Assembly (NCBI GenBank): GCA_963558395.1
Contig: CAUWGE010000002.1
Span: 899-64,898 of the forward strand
Direction of reading: 5' to 3'
DNA: 64,000 bases
Source: an uncultured Clostridia bacterium
GTDB taxonomy: Bacteria > Bacillota > Clostridia > TANB77 > CAG-508
Shown here piece by piece: positions 49,146 to 59,590 of this stretch. Every line of letters starts with the position of its first letter. Within the stretch, counting starts at the first letter, position 1. A program made the translations under genes and the position numbers. The notes beneath the pieces are model-generated. The model was not told the DNA's origin, searched no databases, and saw only the letters and a list, made by a program, of their open reading frames with translations.

Positions 49146-50609
49146 ATGAAAAAATTTATACATACAATAAAAACAAAATGGATAAAAGATACAACTCTTA
49201 CAATTGCCTTGGTAGCGATACTAATAGCGGTATTTATATTTGTAAATTTGCTTTTTATAAAATTAGACTTAGCTCCACTTGATTTTACGGCAGAAAAAAT
49301 TTATAGTTTATCAGATGAGTCAAAAGAGCAAATAAAAAATGTAGGACAAAATGTAACATTATTCTTTTTTGGATATGATGAAGACTCATCAGTAGTAACA
49401 CTTGCAAAAAGATATACTGATGTAAATGATAAAATAAAAATACAAGTAATAAATACTTCTGAAAGACCAGACTTAGCAGCAACTTATGGAGTTAGTACAA
49501 GTAGTAAACTAGTTGCTATACAAGCAAGTGAAAGATATAAAATAATAGATTCAAGTGAAATGTATACATATGATACAACAACATATGAAACAATAGATAT
49601 TACAGAGCAAAAACTAACAAATGGAATTTTAGATGTAACCGTATTAAAGAAACCACAAATATATTTTTTAGCAGGACATGGAGAATATGGAATAAATTCA
49701 TCAGCTCCAATGGCAACACTTGGAACATACATTGTAAACGATATAAATGATGTGAAGACTTTAGACTTACTTACTTCAGATATGCCAGAAATATGTGATG
49801 CTTTAGTAATTGCAAATCCAACAAGTGACTTTACAGATTTAGAAACAGAAAAAATCACTAATTATATAAATAATGGTGGAGACATATTATGGATGCAAGA
49901 CCCATATGCATTTAATCAAGAAAATAAAGAAATAGGGCAATTCCCAAATGTTAATAAAGTACTTTCATTATATGGAATCAAATTTTCAAAAGGTGTAGTT
50001 TGTGAAGAAGAAACGTCACACATGGTAGCAAATAGTCCAGATTTAATTATTCCAAACATGACATATAATAGTATTGTAAAAGACATATATACAGATGGTT
50101 CAATTATACTTATGGACTCAGGAAAAATAGAAACAGTTTCAGATGAAGAATTAGAAAAATTAGGAGTTACAGCAAGTGCATTCCTAAAATCAAGTGATAA
50201 ATCTTTTTATAGAGAAGATATAAATTCAGATATTACAAAAAGATTAGATACAGATGAAAATGGTCCATTTGTTTTAGGTGAAATATTAACTAAAAAGATA
50301 TCAGAAGAAAAAAGCTCTACACTTGTAGCATACTCAAATGGATTGTTTGCGACAAACTATCAAGTAAACTTTTCAGGAACAGTTACAATTCCGTTAGCAC
50401 TAAGAAACAATAAAGATATTGTATTAAATACAATTGCATATTTATCTAATAGAGAAGATACGATTAGAATTAGAAAAAATACAGGTCAAGTAGCATATAC
50501 AGCAACAGAGAGCCAAAATAGAATAGTATTATGGACAATATTTACTATACCAGTAATAATAATAATAACTGGAATTATTGTTGCTATTGTAAGAAAAAGA
50601 AGAAAATAG
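49146..50609 (+). CDS. GldG-like ABC-transport auxiliary protein (Gldg family/DUF4350-like)
   Basis: N-terminal TM, a large extracytoplasmic domain and a C-terminal TM anchor with an RKRRK tail. Third gene of the ABC-2 operon. Confidence 0.6.
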   Translation: MKKFIHTIKTKWIKDTTLTIALVAILIAVFIFVNLLFIKLDLAPLDFTAEKIYSLSDESKEQIKNVGQNVTLFFFGYDEDSSVVTLAKRYTDVNDKIKIQVINTSERPDLAATYGVSTSSKLVAIQASERYKIIDSSEMYTYDTTTYETIDITEQKLTNGILDVTVLKKPQIYFLAGHGEYGINSSAPMATLGTYIVNDINDVKTLDLLTSDMPEICDALVIANPTSDFTDLETEKITNYINNGGDILWMQDPYAFNQENKEIGQFPNVNKVLSLYGIKFSKGVVCEEETSHMVANSPDLIIPNMTYNSIVKDIYTDGSIILMDSGKIETVSDEELEKLGVTASAFLKSSDKSFYREDINSDITKRLDTDENGPFVLGEILTKKISEEKSSTLVAYSNGLFATNYQVNFSGTVTIPLALRNNKDIVLNTIAYLSNREDTIRIRKNTGQVAYTATESQNRIVLWTIFTIPVIIIITGIIVAIVRKRRK

Positions 50610-50760
50610 AATAAAGTAGCACTATATTTAAAAAATATAGTGCTATTCTTACTCTAGAAAGAATAAAAGAAAGTATAAAAATTTGGAAATGCCTCATTTG
50701 TTTTACTTGCAAAAAATAAAAAACTAGTATAAAATAATAAAAAATATATGAGGAAAAACT

Positions 50761-51933
50761 ATGGATAATAAAGTAAGAGTAAACTTCAAAGATAAAAAAA
50801 TTTCAAAGAAGAAATTAGCATTAGTAATATCATTAGGAATATTAATTATAATAGCGATTGTTATAACATCTTTATACATTGCAAATATAAATGTAAGAAA
50901 CTGGATGGATATGTATATATTTAGAAAAAACGTAATAGAGGAAAGACTAGACACTATTGACTTAGAAAATGAAAATTCATCAATATATGCATATGACAAT
51001 CACATAGTAATTTTAGAAAATAATGTACTTAGTTTTTATAATCAAGTAGGCAAAAAAGAAACTTCTATAAATGTATCTATAACTACACCAATTTTTGAAT
51101 CAAGCGGAAACTATTTACTAGTTGCCGACAAAGGAGGAAAGAATGTATATTTAATATATAATACAAGCCTTCAATGGCAAAAAACTATGGATGGAAATGT
51201 TTCAGAAGCGGTAGTTAACAAAAATGGAGCAGTGGGAGTAGTACTTACAGGAACAACATATAAGTCAGTAATTGTAATGTATGGAATAACAGGAAATGAA
51301 GAATTTAAAACATATTTGTCATCTACAATAGCAGTAGATATAGCAATTTCAGAAAATAGCCAAAATTTAAGCTTTGCAGAAATAAATACATCTGGAACAA
51401 TAATTGATTCAGTTGTAAAAACAATTTCAGTAGAAAAAGCAAAAAACTCACCTGCAGAAGCAATTATAAATACTTATAAACCTGAAAGTAATAGTATAAT
51501 TGTAAAATTAAAATACAATAAAGAAAAATTGATTTGCCAATATGATAATTCAGTATATATGTTAAATGATGGGAATAGTACTAAACTTCTTGAAATAAAT
51601 AATAATTCATTGTTTGTAGATATAAATGTTTTAGGATATATATGTAACCTTGTAGAAAATCAAGCAGGAATACTTACAAGTGAATATGAACTAAAGATTA
51701 TGGATGTAGATAACAAAAAAGAGAGTTCATATATATTAAATTCTATGCCTAAAAGTCTATATTGTAGCAATAACATAATAGGAATAAATATGGGAAATGA
51801 TATAGAATTTGTAAATCATAATGGATGGTTAATAAAATCATTTTCATCAAAGCAGAGCTTTAAAGATGTAGTTATAGGGGAAAAAATAATAGGTATAGTT
51901 TATAAAGACAGAGTGGAACTAATAACAATATAA
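50761..51933 (+). CDS. hypothetical membrane-anchored protein with a repetitive beta-rich ectodomain
   Basis: 390 aa with one N-terminal TM segment. No recognised domain. Confidence 0.4.
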   Translation: MDNKVRVNFKDKKISKKKLALVISLGILIIIAIVITSLYIANINVRNWMDMYIFRKNVIEERLDTIDLENENSSIYAYDNHIVILENNVLSFYNQVGKKETSINVSITTPIFESSGNYLLVADKGGKNVYLIYNTSLQWQKTMDGNVSEAVVNKNGAVGVVLTGTTYKSVIVMYGITGNEEFKTYLSSTIAVDIAISENSQNLSFAEINTSGTIIDSVVKTISVEKAKNSPAEAIINTYKPESNSIIVKLKYNKEKLICQYDNSVYMLNDGNSTKLLEINNNSLFVDINVLGYICNLVENQAGILTSEYELKIMDVDNKKESSYILNSMPKSLYCSNNIIGINMGNDIEFVNHNGWLIKSFSSKQSFKDVVIGEKIIGIVYKDRVELITI

Positions 51934-51988
51934 GTTTTACACAAACTCTTTATAAAATGTGAATAAGCCAAATGAAAAGGAGAGAAAA

Positions 51989-52636
51989 ATGGTAATTGAT
52001 ATTATAATTATAGCAGTTATGGCAGGAGCCATATTTTTGGGAGTAAAAAAAGGTCTGATTTCATGTTTAATAGATGTATTAGCAGTAATAATTGCATTAG
52101 TGTTAGCAATTATGCTTTGTAAGCCAATAAGTAATTTTATAATTAAAAATACGAATTTTGATGAAACAATAAAAAATGCAATTGTAGAAAACATACCTTT
52201 AAATGATGCGGATTTTAAAGTACAAGAAAATGCGAATTTACCAAAACCAGTTGTGGACTATATAAATGGAATAACTGAAAATGCTACTGGTGCAAAAGAT
52301 GAAGCAATAAATACTATTGCAAATGAACTTACAAGCGGAATAATTATGGTAATTGCTTTTGTAGGAATATTTATAATTGTAAGGTTAGTTTTAGTATTAA
52401 TCAAAATAGTATCAAAATTAATTGATAAGATACCAGGGCTTAAACAAATAAATAAGCTTGGTGGAGGAATATGTGGAGCAGTAGAAGGAGCAATAATTGT
52501 ATATGCAATATTTGCTGTTATTTCAATAATTTCACCAATGATTGCCGAGACAAACATAATAGAACTTATACAAGAGTCTAATATTGGTTCAGCGATGTAT
52601 AATAATAATGCAGTACTAAAGTTTATTTATAAATAA
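51989..52636 (+). CDS. cvpA: CvpA family membrane protein
   Basis: MVIDIIIIAVMAGAIFLGVKKGLISCLIDVLAVIIALVLA is typical of CvpA. AAAGGAG RBS. Confidence 0.7.
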   Translation: MVIDIIIIAVMAGAIFLGVKKGLISCLIDVLAVIIALVLAIMLCKPISNFIIKNTNFDETIKNAIVENIPLNDADFKVQENANLPKPVVDYINGITENATGAKDEAINTIANELTSGIIMVIAFVGIFIIVRLVLVLIKIVSKLIDKIPGLKQINKLGGGICGAVEGAIIVYAIFAVISIISPMIAETNIIELIQESNIGSAMYNNNAVLKFIYK

Positions 52637-52757
52637 ACTTTAGCAATTACTAGAAAAATCTTAAGAAAATATATCTTGATATTTGAATGAATTTTTGCTA
52701 TACTGTATAAAGTTTAAAACATACCTTTAAAGCTAAGCGAGAAAGGATATAATTAAT

Positions 52758-54041
52758 ATGAGTAAAAAGGTTAAGGAAACAAAAGTTAATAAAAAGAAAA
52801 AATCACATATAGTTCTAAAAATATTTCTTATAATACTTTTAATAGCATTAATTGTAGGCGGAATATTTGCATATAAAGTATATAAGAACGGAGGAGGCCT
52901 TACTGGTATAGTAACAACATTAATAGGTACTGACCCAGAAAAAGCAAAGAATATGCCAGACTTTTATTGCTTGCTAATGGGTAAAAGTCAAAATATGACA
53001 GATACAATAATAGTCGCAAAATATAGTCCAAATACAGGAAATGCTGCACTTTTATCAATACCAAGAGATAGCTTTGTAGGAAAGAATAAAAAAGCAGCAA
53101 CTGCTTCAGATAAAATAAACTCAAAATATCAAATTAGTCCACAAAAAACATTAGATGCGGTAAATGATTTGACAGGACTTAATATAAAATACTATGTTAC
53201 AATAGATACAGCAGCACTTAGACATCTAGTTGATGCAATTGGAGGAGTAACTTTTAATGTTCCAATAAATATGGATTATGATGACAGTTCTCAAGATTTA
53301 TATATTCATTTAAAAGCAGGAGAACAACTTTTAAATGGAGAACAAGCAGAATGGGTAGTAAGATTTAGACACAATAATAATGGAACATCTTATCCAGTGA
53401 GTTATGGAGATAATGACCTAGGAAGAATGAGAACTCAAAGAGAATTTATTATGGAAGTAGCAAAACAGACATTAAAAATTGAAAACATAACAAAAATAAA
53501 TGAGATTTTAAAAATTGCAGAAGAAGAAGTTGAAACAAATATTGACTGGAATACAATGTCAAATTATATACCTGCATTAATGAATTTTAAACCAGAGAAT
53601 ATTAGAACAGAAACGTTACCAGGTGTTCCAGAATACTGTAATGGAGTAGCAGTATATTTAGTAAATGAAACAAAATCCAAAGAATTAGTAAATGAGTTAT
53701 TTCTAACAGATGAAGGAAATACAAGTGAAAATGGTGAAATAAATACTAATGAGGTTAATACTGGTAAAGTAGAAGAAAAAACTTTTAAAGTAGAAATTTT
53801 AAATGGAACGGGAAGTTCTACGAAACTTCAAAAAGCAATAGAACAATTAAAAGCACAAGGATATAAAGTAACAAAACAAGGAACGACTAATATAGCTTCA
53901 GAAACCACAATTATAAATCGAACTCAAAATACATCTAAAGAAGAAAATTCATTAAAAGCACTTCTAGGAGCAGGTGTTCCTATAACAGGTGAGAATAATT
54001 CAAATGTAGACTTTACAATTATTTTAGGTAGAGATTATTAA
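52758..54041 (+). CDS. LCP family (LytR-CpsA-Psr) cell-envelope phosphotransferase
   Basis: N-terminal TM. The LCP core DTIIVAKYSPNTGNAALLSIPRDSFV…GGVTFNVP and a C-terminal LytR_C-like domain. Confidence 0.8.
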   Translation: MSKKVKETKVNKKKKSHIVLKIFLIILLIALIVGGIFAYKVYKNGGGLTGIVTTLIGTDPEKAKNMPDFYCLLMGKSQNMTDTIIVAKYSPNTGNAALLSIPRDSFVGKNKKAATASDKINSKYQISPQKTLDAVNDLTGLNIKYYVTIDTAALRHLVDAIGGVTFNVPINMDYDDSSQDLYIHLKAGEQLLNGEQAEWVVRFRHNNNGTSYPVSYGDNDLGRMRTQREFIMEVAKQTLKIENITKINEILKIAEEEVETNIDWNTMSNYIPALMNFKPENIRTETLPGVPEYCNGVAVYLVNETKSKELVNELFLTDEGNTSENGEINTNEVNTGKVEEKTFKVEILNGTGSSTKLQKAIEQLKAQGYKVTKQGTTNIASETTIINRTQNTSKEENSLKALLGAGVPITGENNSNVDFTIILGRDY

Positions 54042-54079
54042 AAAAAGAGGATTAAGGAAGCCTTAATCCTCAAATAAAT

Positions 54080-55402
54080 TTATTTCTTTTTTGACCTTCT
54101 TGTCATACAGATTATTATTACTAGTAATAAAATAAATAAAATCCCAAGCAATAAAATGAAATTCATAGTACTAGAGCTATATACATCATGTGAAGCCATT
54201 AAATCAGTAGAATAATCAATTCCATCAATCGTATAAGTAATTGTAGCTACTACTTGACCTTTAGAAATAGGAGCGAAAGTATTTTTAAAACTAATTTTAG
54301 GAGTTATATCCAATACATTTTCGCTTTTTGTAAGGCAAGTAAGGGTAGATGCACAAATTAAATCCAAAGTGCTTGTTTCTTTAGTTCCATTTATAATAGT
54401 AATAGTTTTAAATATATCTCCATTTTTTATTAATGTCGAAGCCTTATAATTGTTAAAACCATAATCAAATAACTTTATACAATCACTTTCTCTTGTAGAA
54501 GTTCCATCTTCTAATTTTTCACCACCAAGAATTACTGCAATTAAGTGTGAATCGTCTTTTTTGGCAGTGGCTATTATACAAGACTTAGCAGGGTCTGTAT
54601 ATCCAGTCTTCATCCCAGTTGCATATTTGTAATAGTATTTACTTTCTGACCTTAAAAGTGGATTTGTAGTTTTATATTCAGTAAAGTTATTTACTGCGTT
54701 TTCTGGCAAGGAATAAGAAGCTTTTGCACAAATACTAGTTATAATAGAATTACTATATGCATATTTTCCTATTAATGCTAAGTCATAGGCAGTAGAATAA
54801 TGAGCTTCATTATGAATTCCATTAGGATTTACAAAGTTTGTATCTAAAGTGCCAAGCTCTTTTGCTTTTTGGTTCATCATTTCTGAAAATTTGGTTATAC
54901 TGTTTTCAAATTCTGTTTTAGCTTCATTTGAAGAATCAAGTAAATGATTTGAATTATTCTTATTTACAATATATTCTGCTAAAGCATATGCCGCATCATT
55001 TGCAGAATATATAAGAGTAAGATTTAAAAGTTGTTCTACTGTAAAAACTTGACCAGGTTTAATAAAACCAACTGAATAAGTTGCAGGAACAGAGTTAACC
55101 GCATAATGACTAATTTTTACTTTATCTTGCAGATTACAATTTTCTACTGTTAAAATAGCAGTCATAACTTTGGTTGTACTTGCTGGAAATAACCTTTCTT
55201 TAGAATTTTTCTCAAATAAAATTTTTCCAAATTTTGCATCAATTAAAATAGCCGCATTAGATTTTACATCTGGTTCATTACTTTCTGCTTCTAATGTATT
55301 TAAATCACTGCTAATATTAAAATCAGTAGCATTAACAACTAATGAACTCAATATAGTAATTAACAAAAAACAAAGTAAAAAAATTTTTTTTAATAATTTC
55401 AT
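54080..55402 (-). CDS. D-alanyl-D-alanine carboxypeptidase (PBP5/DacF-like serine peptidase S11)
   Basis: Signal peptide, SxxK active-site motif PASTTKVMT and a C-terminal membrane anchor. Confidence 0.8.
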   Translation of the reverse strand: MKLLKKIFLLCFLLITILSSLVVNATDFNISSDLNTLEAESNEPDVKSNAAILIDAKFGKILFEKNSKERLFPASTTKVMTAILTVENCNLQDKVKISHYAVNSVPATYSVGFIKPGQVFTVEQLLNLTLIYSANDAAYALAEYIVNKNNSNHLLDSSNEAKTEFENSITKFSEMMNQKAKELGTLDTNFVNPNGIHNEAHYSTAYDLALIGKYAYSNSIITSICAKASYSLPENAVNNFTEYKTTNPLLRSESKYYYKYATGMKTGYTDPAKSCIIATAKKDDSHLIAVILGGEKLEDGTSTRESDCIKLFDYGFNNYKASTLIKNGDIFKTITIINGTKETSTLDLICASTLTCLTKSENVLDITPKISFKNTFAPISKGQVVATITYTIDGIDYSTDLMASHDVYSSSTMNFILLLGILFILLLVIIICMTRRSKKK

Positions 55403-55487
55403 GTTAGCTCCTTAAAAATATACAAAAAATATAATAACAATAATTTGATAATAAATCAAGTATAAAACTTGAAGAAAGGGTAATTTT

Positions 55488-56148
55488 ATGAAGGATTTTA
55501 TATTAAATTTAACCAAAAAACAAAAGATTATTGCAATAGTAATTCTTATTTTAAGTTCAATAGTATTATTCACAATTATATACAAAAATTTATATGCGGA
55601 AGAAGATTTAGAAGAGGAGGTTATTCTTACAAATGAAATAAATATTGTAAAAGAAAATGTTGCAGAAGATAAAAAAGAAGAAAAAGTAATTGTACATGTA
55701 GTAGGCGAGGTAAATGAACCAGGTGTAGTGTCACTTATAGAAGGATCAAGGATAATTGACGCAATAAATGCAGCAGGAGGAAAAACAGAAGAAGCAGATT
55801 TGTCTAAAATAAATTTGGCGTATATAGTAGAAGATGGCACACAAATATATATACCAAGAATAGGTGAAAATATGAATGAAACAGAGTTTATTTCAGGAGA
55901 TGCAGGAAAACGGTGTTATATCGGGAAAAAGTTCAGAGGTAGAAGAACAAACAAATGCAAAAGTTAATATTAATACCGCAAGTAAAGAAAAACTAGAAAC
56001 ACTTCCAGGAATAGGAGAAACAACAGCACAAAAAATAATAGATTATAGAGAACAAAATGGAAAGTTTAAAACAGTAGAAGACTTATTAAATGTAACAGGA
56101 ATAGGAGAAGCTAAATTTAATAATTTAAAAGACAAAATAGTAGTATAA
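55488..56148 (+). pseudogene. comEA: ComEA competence protein (SLBB plus helix-hairpin-helix), frameshifted near 55880-55915
   Basis: ORF 55488..55967 carries the TM and SLBB domains (VHVVGEVNEPGVVS). ORF 55876..56148 carries the HhH domains (KVNINTASKEKLETLPGIGETTAQKII) in another frame. Confidence 0.65.
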
Positions 56149-56212
56149 GTTATTAATTTAGCATATTATTGGCATAAATGCCTAAAAAATAAGACGTAAA
56201 GAGTAAAAGGTG

Positions 56213-56241
56213 TTTACATAAGAGATAAAATATGGTATAAT
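56213..56241 (+). promoter_or_regulatory. extended -10 promoter (TTTACA-17-TGgTATAAT), followed by the GGGTCaatGGACCC palindrome
   Basis: tttaca at 56213-56218, TGGTATAAT at 56233-56241, and the inverted repeat GGGTC…GACCC at 56268-56281. Confidence 0.45.
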
Positions 56242-56322
56242 AATAGCGAAACTTTTGACAAAAACAGGGTCAATGGACCCACTTTCTGCTATAATAAAAA
56301 AGAAAAAACGGAGGAATACAAG

Positions 56323-56922
56323 ATGCAAGATGAAAAAAATGACACCAGCAAGGTATTCTTGGCTGGCCAAATTTTTGGTCAGCTAGTACTAGACCACATA
56401 ACCGGCGAAAGGCGGTTCTATGGTGGAAAGGTATATGTAAATATTGATGGGAAAGAATGTTTTGTCCCAATCATGGCAACAGAAGAAGTTCTAAAAAAAT
56501 GTAACCTTTCACCAAGCCTGTTGGGTAATAAATGGGTCAAAATCGAAGGATTTTTAAACTCATTTAAGCCGCAAAATGGACAAACTAAAATCTTTGTCTA
56601 TGTTTCTCGTATAAGCATTGCGAGAAGTGAAGAAGAAAGATTTTACCAAAATGCGGTATATCTGTCAGGAAAAGTGAAATCCAAACCAATTTCTTGGAAA
56701 AATAAATCCAAGAATCGGGAGAAAGCTGAATTTTGGATGGAGGTTCAGCGTTACAATACAATGGTGGACCAGATACCGGTGTATTGTAAGGGGAAAACTG
56801 CAAAAAAAGCAACTCACTTTTTCATAAATAAGGAAGTGAGTCTGAAAGGACAGTTAAACACAAGATGTGGAACGTCTTGTGAGCCCAGCTGTGAAGTTTG
56901 GGCAAAAGAATTAGAAGTATAA
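56323..56922 (+). CDS. hypothetical protein, GC-atypical, with two OB-fold/SSB-like segments and a Cys-rich C-terminus
   Basis: 199 aa. The nucleotide composition is noticeably more GC-rich than the flanks (…GGCTGGCCAAATTTTTGGTCAGC…ACCGGCGAAAGGCGG…). Segments VFLAGQIFGQLVLDHITGERRFYGGKVYVN and NAVYLSGKVKSKPISW…EFWMEVQR resemble SSB N-termini. Confidence 0.4.
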   Translation: MQDEKNDTSKVFLAGQIFGQLVLDHITGERRFYGGKVYVNIDGKECFVPIMATEEVLKKCNLSPSLLGNKWVKIEGFLNSFKPQNGQTKIFVYVSRISIARSEEERFYQNAVYLSGKVKSKPISWKNKSKNREKAEFWMEVQRYNTMVDQIPVYCKGKTAKKATHFFINKEVSLKGQLNTRCGTSCEPSCEVWAKELEV

Positions 56923-56933
56923 AAATAGCAGAA

Positions 56934-56992
56934 AGATGGAGGGCTTAGCGAAGATACTGTTTCAGTAGCATCGCTTTAGGCCCTCTCTTTAA
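56934..56992 (+). terminator. long GC-rich hairpin terminator
   Basis: GGAGGGC-ttagcgaagatactgtttcagtagcatcgcttta-GGCCCTCTCTTT. Confidence 0.55.
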
Positions 56993-57060
56993 TTTGTTAT
57001 AACAGAAATTAAAAATTCTATCCAAATAATATATCTAAAAAATGTTTACTTATAATTATT

Positions 57061-57882
57061 TTGTTCCATATATTCTTTTTCAATATCATATATACTTTGC
57101 TTGTGTATGCTAAAGACAATAGATTTACAAATTACCAAGTAGACATTAATAGTTTATATGATATAAAAGAATATATTCCCGTCGAAGAAGAACTTTCACA
57201 GATAGATAAATATCAAGGGTTTTATGTAGGAAGATATGAGACAGGAATGTCCGAAAATATACCAAAGGTATCAGATGTAGATACTGAAGGAGATGTAATA
57301 AATATAAATAATAGTGAACTTAAATATAATAATAGAACAATAAAGCCAGTTATTATGCAAGGAAAAGAAGTTTGGAACTTTATAGATAGAGATAATGCAG
57401 ATAAAATATCAAGAAAAATTGCAAATAACGAAAGTGTAAAAAGTGGACTAATTACAGGAAAACAGTGGGATACAATGTTAGCATGGTTTATAGAAAGTGG
57501 AATATATAATAACAGCAGTGAAGCAGACAAATACTATGCGGAAATTGGAAATTTTTATAATTCAGAATATACCATAAATGGCTTGCATGGAATAGAGAAA
57601 GATAATATAGTTAGTTGGAATAATGGAGAATATCATAAAGCTACAAAAGAAAAAGCATATTTAGGGTCAGGAGTTCATAATAATAGTAAAGTAAATAATA
57701 TTTATGATGTATATGGAAACCTTTGGGAGAAAACGACAGAAACAGATAAGGATGGAAAAATGATACAAAGAGGTATAGGTGCAAATGCTGGTTCAAACAA
57801 GGCAGCTGGGGTGCATAGGCATGGAGATAAAGATGAAGCGGGAAGTGTCGGAGGATTTAGAATAGTTTTATATGTATTATAA
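57061..57882 (+). CDS. FGE-sulfatase/SUMF1-domain (DUF323-like) protein
   Basis: YDVYGNLWEKT matches the FGE GN(V/L)WEW motif, and GGFRIV the conserved C-terminal RGG…FR. The N-terminal start is uncertain. Confidence 0.5.
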   Translation: MFHIFFFNIIYTLLVYAKDNRFTNYQVDINSLYDIKEYIPVEEELSQIDKYQGFYVGRYETGMSENIPKVSDVDTEGDVININNSELKYNNRTIKPVIMQGKEVWNFIDRDNADKISRKIANNESVKSGLITGKQWDTMLAWFIESGIYNNSSEADKYYAEIGNFYNSEYTINGLHGIEKDNIVSWNNGEYHKATKEKAYLGSGVHNNSKVNNIYDVYGNLWEKTTETDKDGKMIQRGIGANAGSNKAAGVHRHGDKDEAGSVGGFRIVLYVL

Positions 57883-58021
57883 AATTATTTAAAATAATGC
57901 AAGTTGAAGAGCAAGTAATTAAGTTGAAAATTACTTGCTCTTCATGATATAATAAAACCACAAATTAGTAAGGTTATAGAAATTAAAACATAAAATTTAG
58001 ATATAAAGAGAGGAGAAGATT

Positions 58022-58822
58022 TTGAATAAAGAGAGTTTGCGTTTAACAACAGCACAATTTGCAAAATTACATAATGTAAACAAGCGTACACTTCATTATT
58101 ATGATAAAATAGGCTTGTTTTCTCCTAATAATAAAGGTGAAAATAATTATCGATATTATGATGCTTTACAAAGTATAAACTTTGAATATATACGTATGTT
58201 TAAAGAATTAAACATGACTATAAGTGAAATAAAAGATTATGTAGAAAATCCAAATGAAAAAGAATTTATTAAAATTATAGATGAAAAATCTTGTGAAATA
58301 GAAAAGGAAATAAAAAAATTAAATAGAATAAAAAGATTACTTAATGATAAAAAAGAGCAACTGATACTTAGTATGGGAAAAGAAAATATGACAATTCAAG
58401 TCATTCAATGTGAACAAGAAGAATTATTAACAGTACCATTTGCATTTAAAGATGAAGATTTGCAAAATCTGTTTTCATATATAAAAGAAAAGTGGGGAAT
58501 AGAACAATGTAGAGCAGGTGTAGGCAGTTATATTTCTTTAGAGAAAGTTAAAAATAAAAAATTTGAAGAATATGATGGATTATTTACCCCCAGTTTAAAC
58601 AAAAACGGAAGGACTGTTACAAAAATTAAAGGAAAATACTTATGTGGATATATAAAAGGAAGTTGGGATAAGTTACCTATGATGTATGAAAAAATGTTAG
58701 AATATGCAGAGAAAAATAATCTGCAATTAACAGGAGATGCTTATGAAAAGGGACTAAATGATTTTGCTATTAGTAATGAAGAAGAATATGTTACACAAAT
58801 TTTAATAAAAATTGAAGAATAA
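58022..58822 (+). CDS. MerR family transcriptional regulator with a GyrI-like effector-binding domain (BmrR/TipA-like)
   Basis: MerR HTH LTTAQFAKLHNVNKRTLHYYDKIGLFSP, a coiled-coil, then a GyrI-like C-terminal domain. Confidence 0.75.
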   Translation: MNKESLRLTTAQFAKLHNVNKRTLHYYDKIGLFSPNNKGENNYRYYDALQSINFEYIRMFKELNMTISEIKDYVENPNEKEFIKIIDEKSCEIEKEIKKLNRIKRLLNDKKEQLILSMGKENMTIQVIQCEQEELLTVPFAFKDEDLQNLFSYIKEKWGIEQCRAGVGSYISLEKVKNKKFEEYDGLFTPSLNKNGRTVTKIKGKYLCGYIKGSWDKLPMMYEKMLEYAEKNNLQLTGDAYEKGLNDFAISNEEEYVTQILIKIEE

Positions 58823-58880
58823 TACTTGACTTTACACTTACTAGATACTTTATACTAAAAGTAGAAAAGGAGTGTATTGT

Positions 58881-59522
58881 ATGAAAAAAGAGATATTATT
58901 TAGAGAATTTAAAGAGGAAGATTCAAAAGTAATTGAAGAAATTATTATAGAGGCATGGAAATATAATGACCTTTGTTCTTCAAAAATTGCACACAAGATG
59001 GCAAAAGTATTTTTAAGCAGTTGTTTAACAAATCAAACTTATACGCAAGTAGCATTATTAAATAATGAGCCAATTGAAGTAATAATGGCAAAAGACACTA
59101 AATCACATAAATGTCCTTTAAAATATAAAATAAGACAGGCAAAGGACATAATATCGTTATACTTATCAAAAGAAGGAAGAAAGACATCAAAAATCTTTTC
59201 AAATGTAAGTGAAATTGATAAAGAACTTTTAAATGAATGTAAAAAGGAATACGAAGGAGAAGTAGCATTTTTTGCAATATCTAGTAAAGCTCGTGGAAAT
59301 GGAATTGGGAAGGAAATGTTTGGTGATATGTTAAAATATATGAAATCACAAAACGTTAATAATTTTTACTTATATACTGATACAAGTTGTAACTATGGAT
59401 TTTATGAACATCAAGGTATGAAGAGGTGCGCTGAAAAATCGCAAAATTTTGTTATCAATGGACAAGATGCAAAAATGACATTTTTTATATATGATTTCTG
59501 TATTAACGAAATTATGAAATAA
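58881..59522 (+). CDS. GNAT family N-acetyltransferase
   Basis: Motif A FFAISSKARGNGIGKEMF. AAGGAG precedes the ATG at 58881. Confidence 0.7.
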   Translation: MKKEILFREFKEEDSKVIEEIIIEAWKYNDLCSSKIAHKMAKVFLSSCLTNQTYTQVALLNNEPIEVIMAKDTKSHKCPLKYKIRQAKDIISLYLSKEGRKTSKIFSNVSEIDKELLNECKKEYEGEVAFFAISSKARGNGIGKEMFGDMLKYMKSQNVNNFYLYTDTSCNYGFYEHQGMKRCAEKSQNFVINGQDAKMTFFIYDFCINEIMK

Positions 59523-59590
59523 TAAAAATTGACAAAATATAAAATCATTAAAATGAATGATGTATGAAAAAATAAAGGGGGAAAATTGAT

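Noticed and set aside
56255-56300. TTGACA … TATAAT pair at 56255/56295 as the promoter for ORF 56323
   Set aside because: The spacer is about 29 nt, too long for sigma-A. The upstream extended -10 promoter (TGgTATAAT at 56233-56241) is the better candidate.
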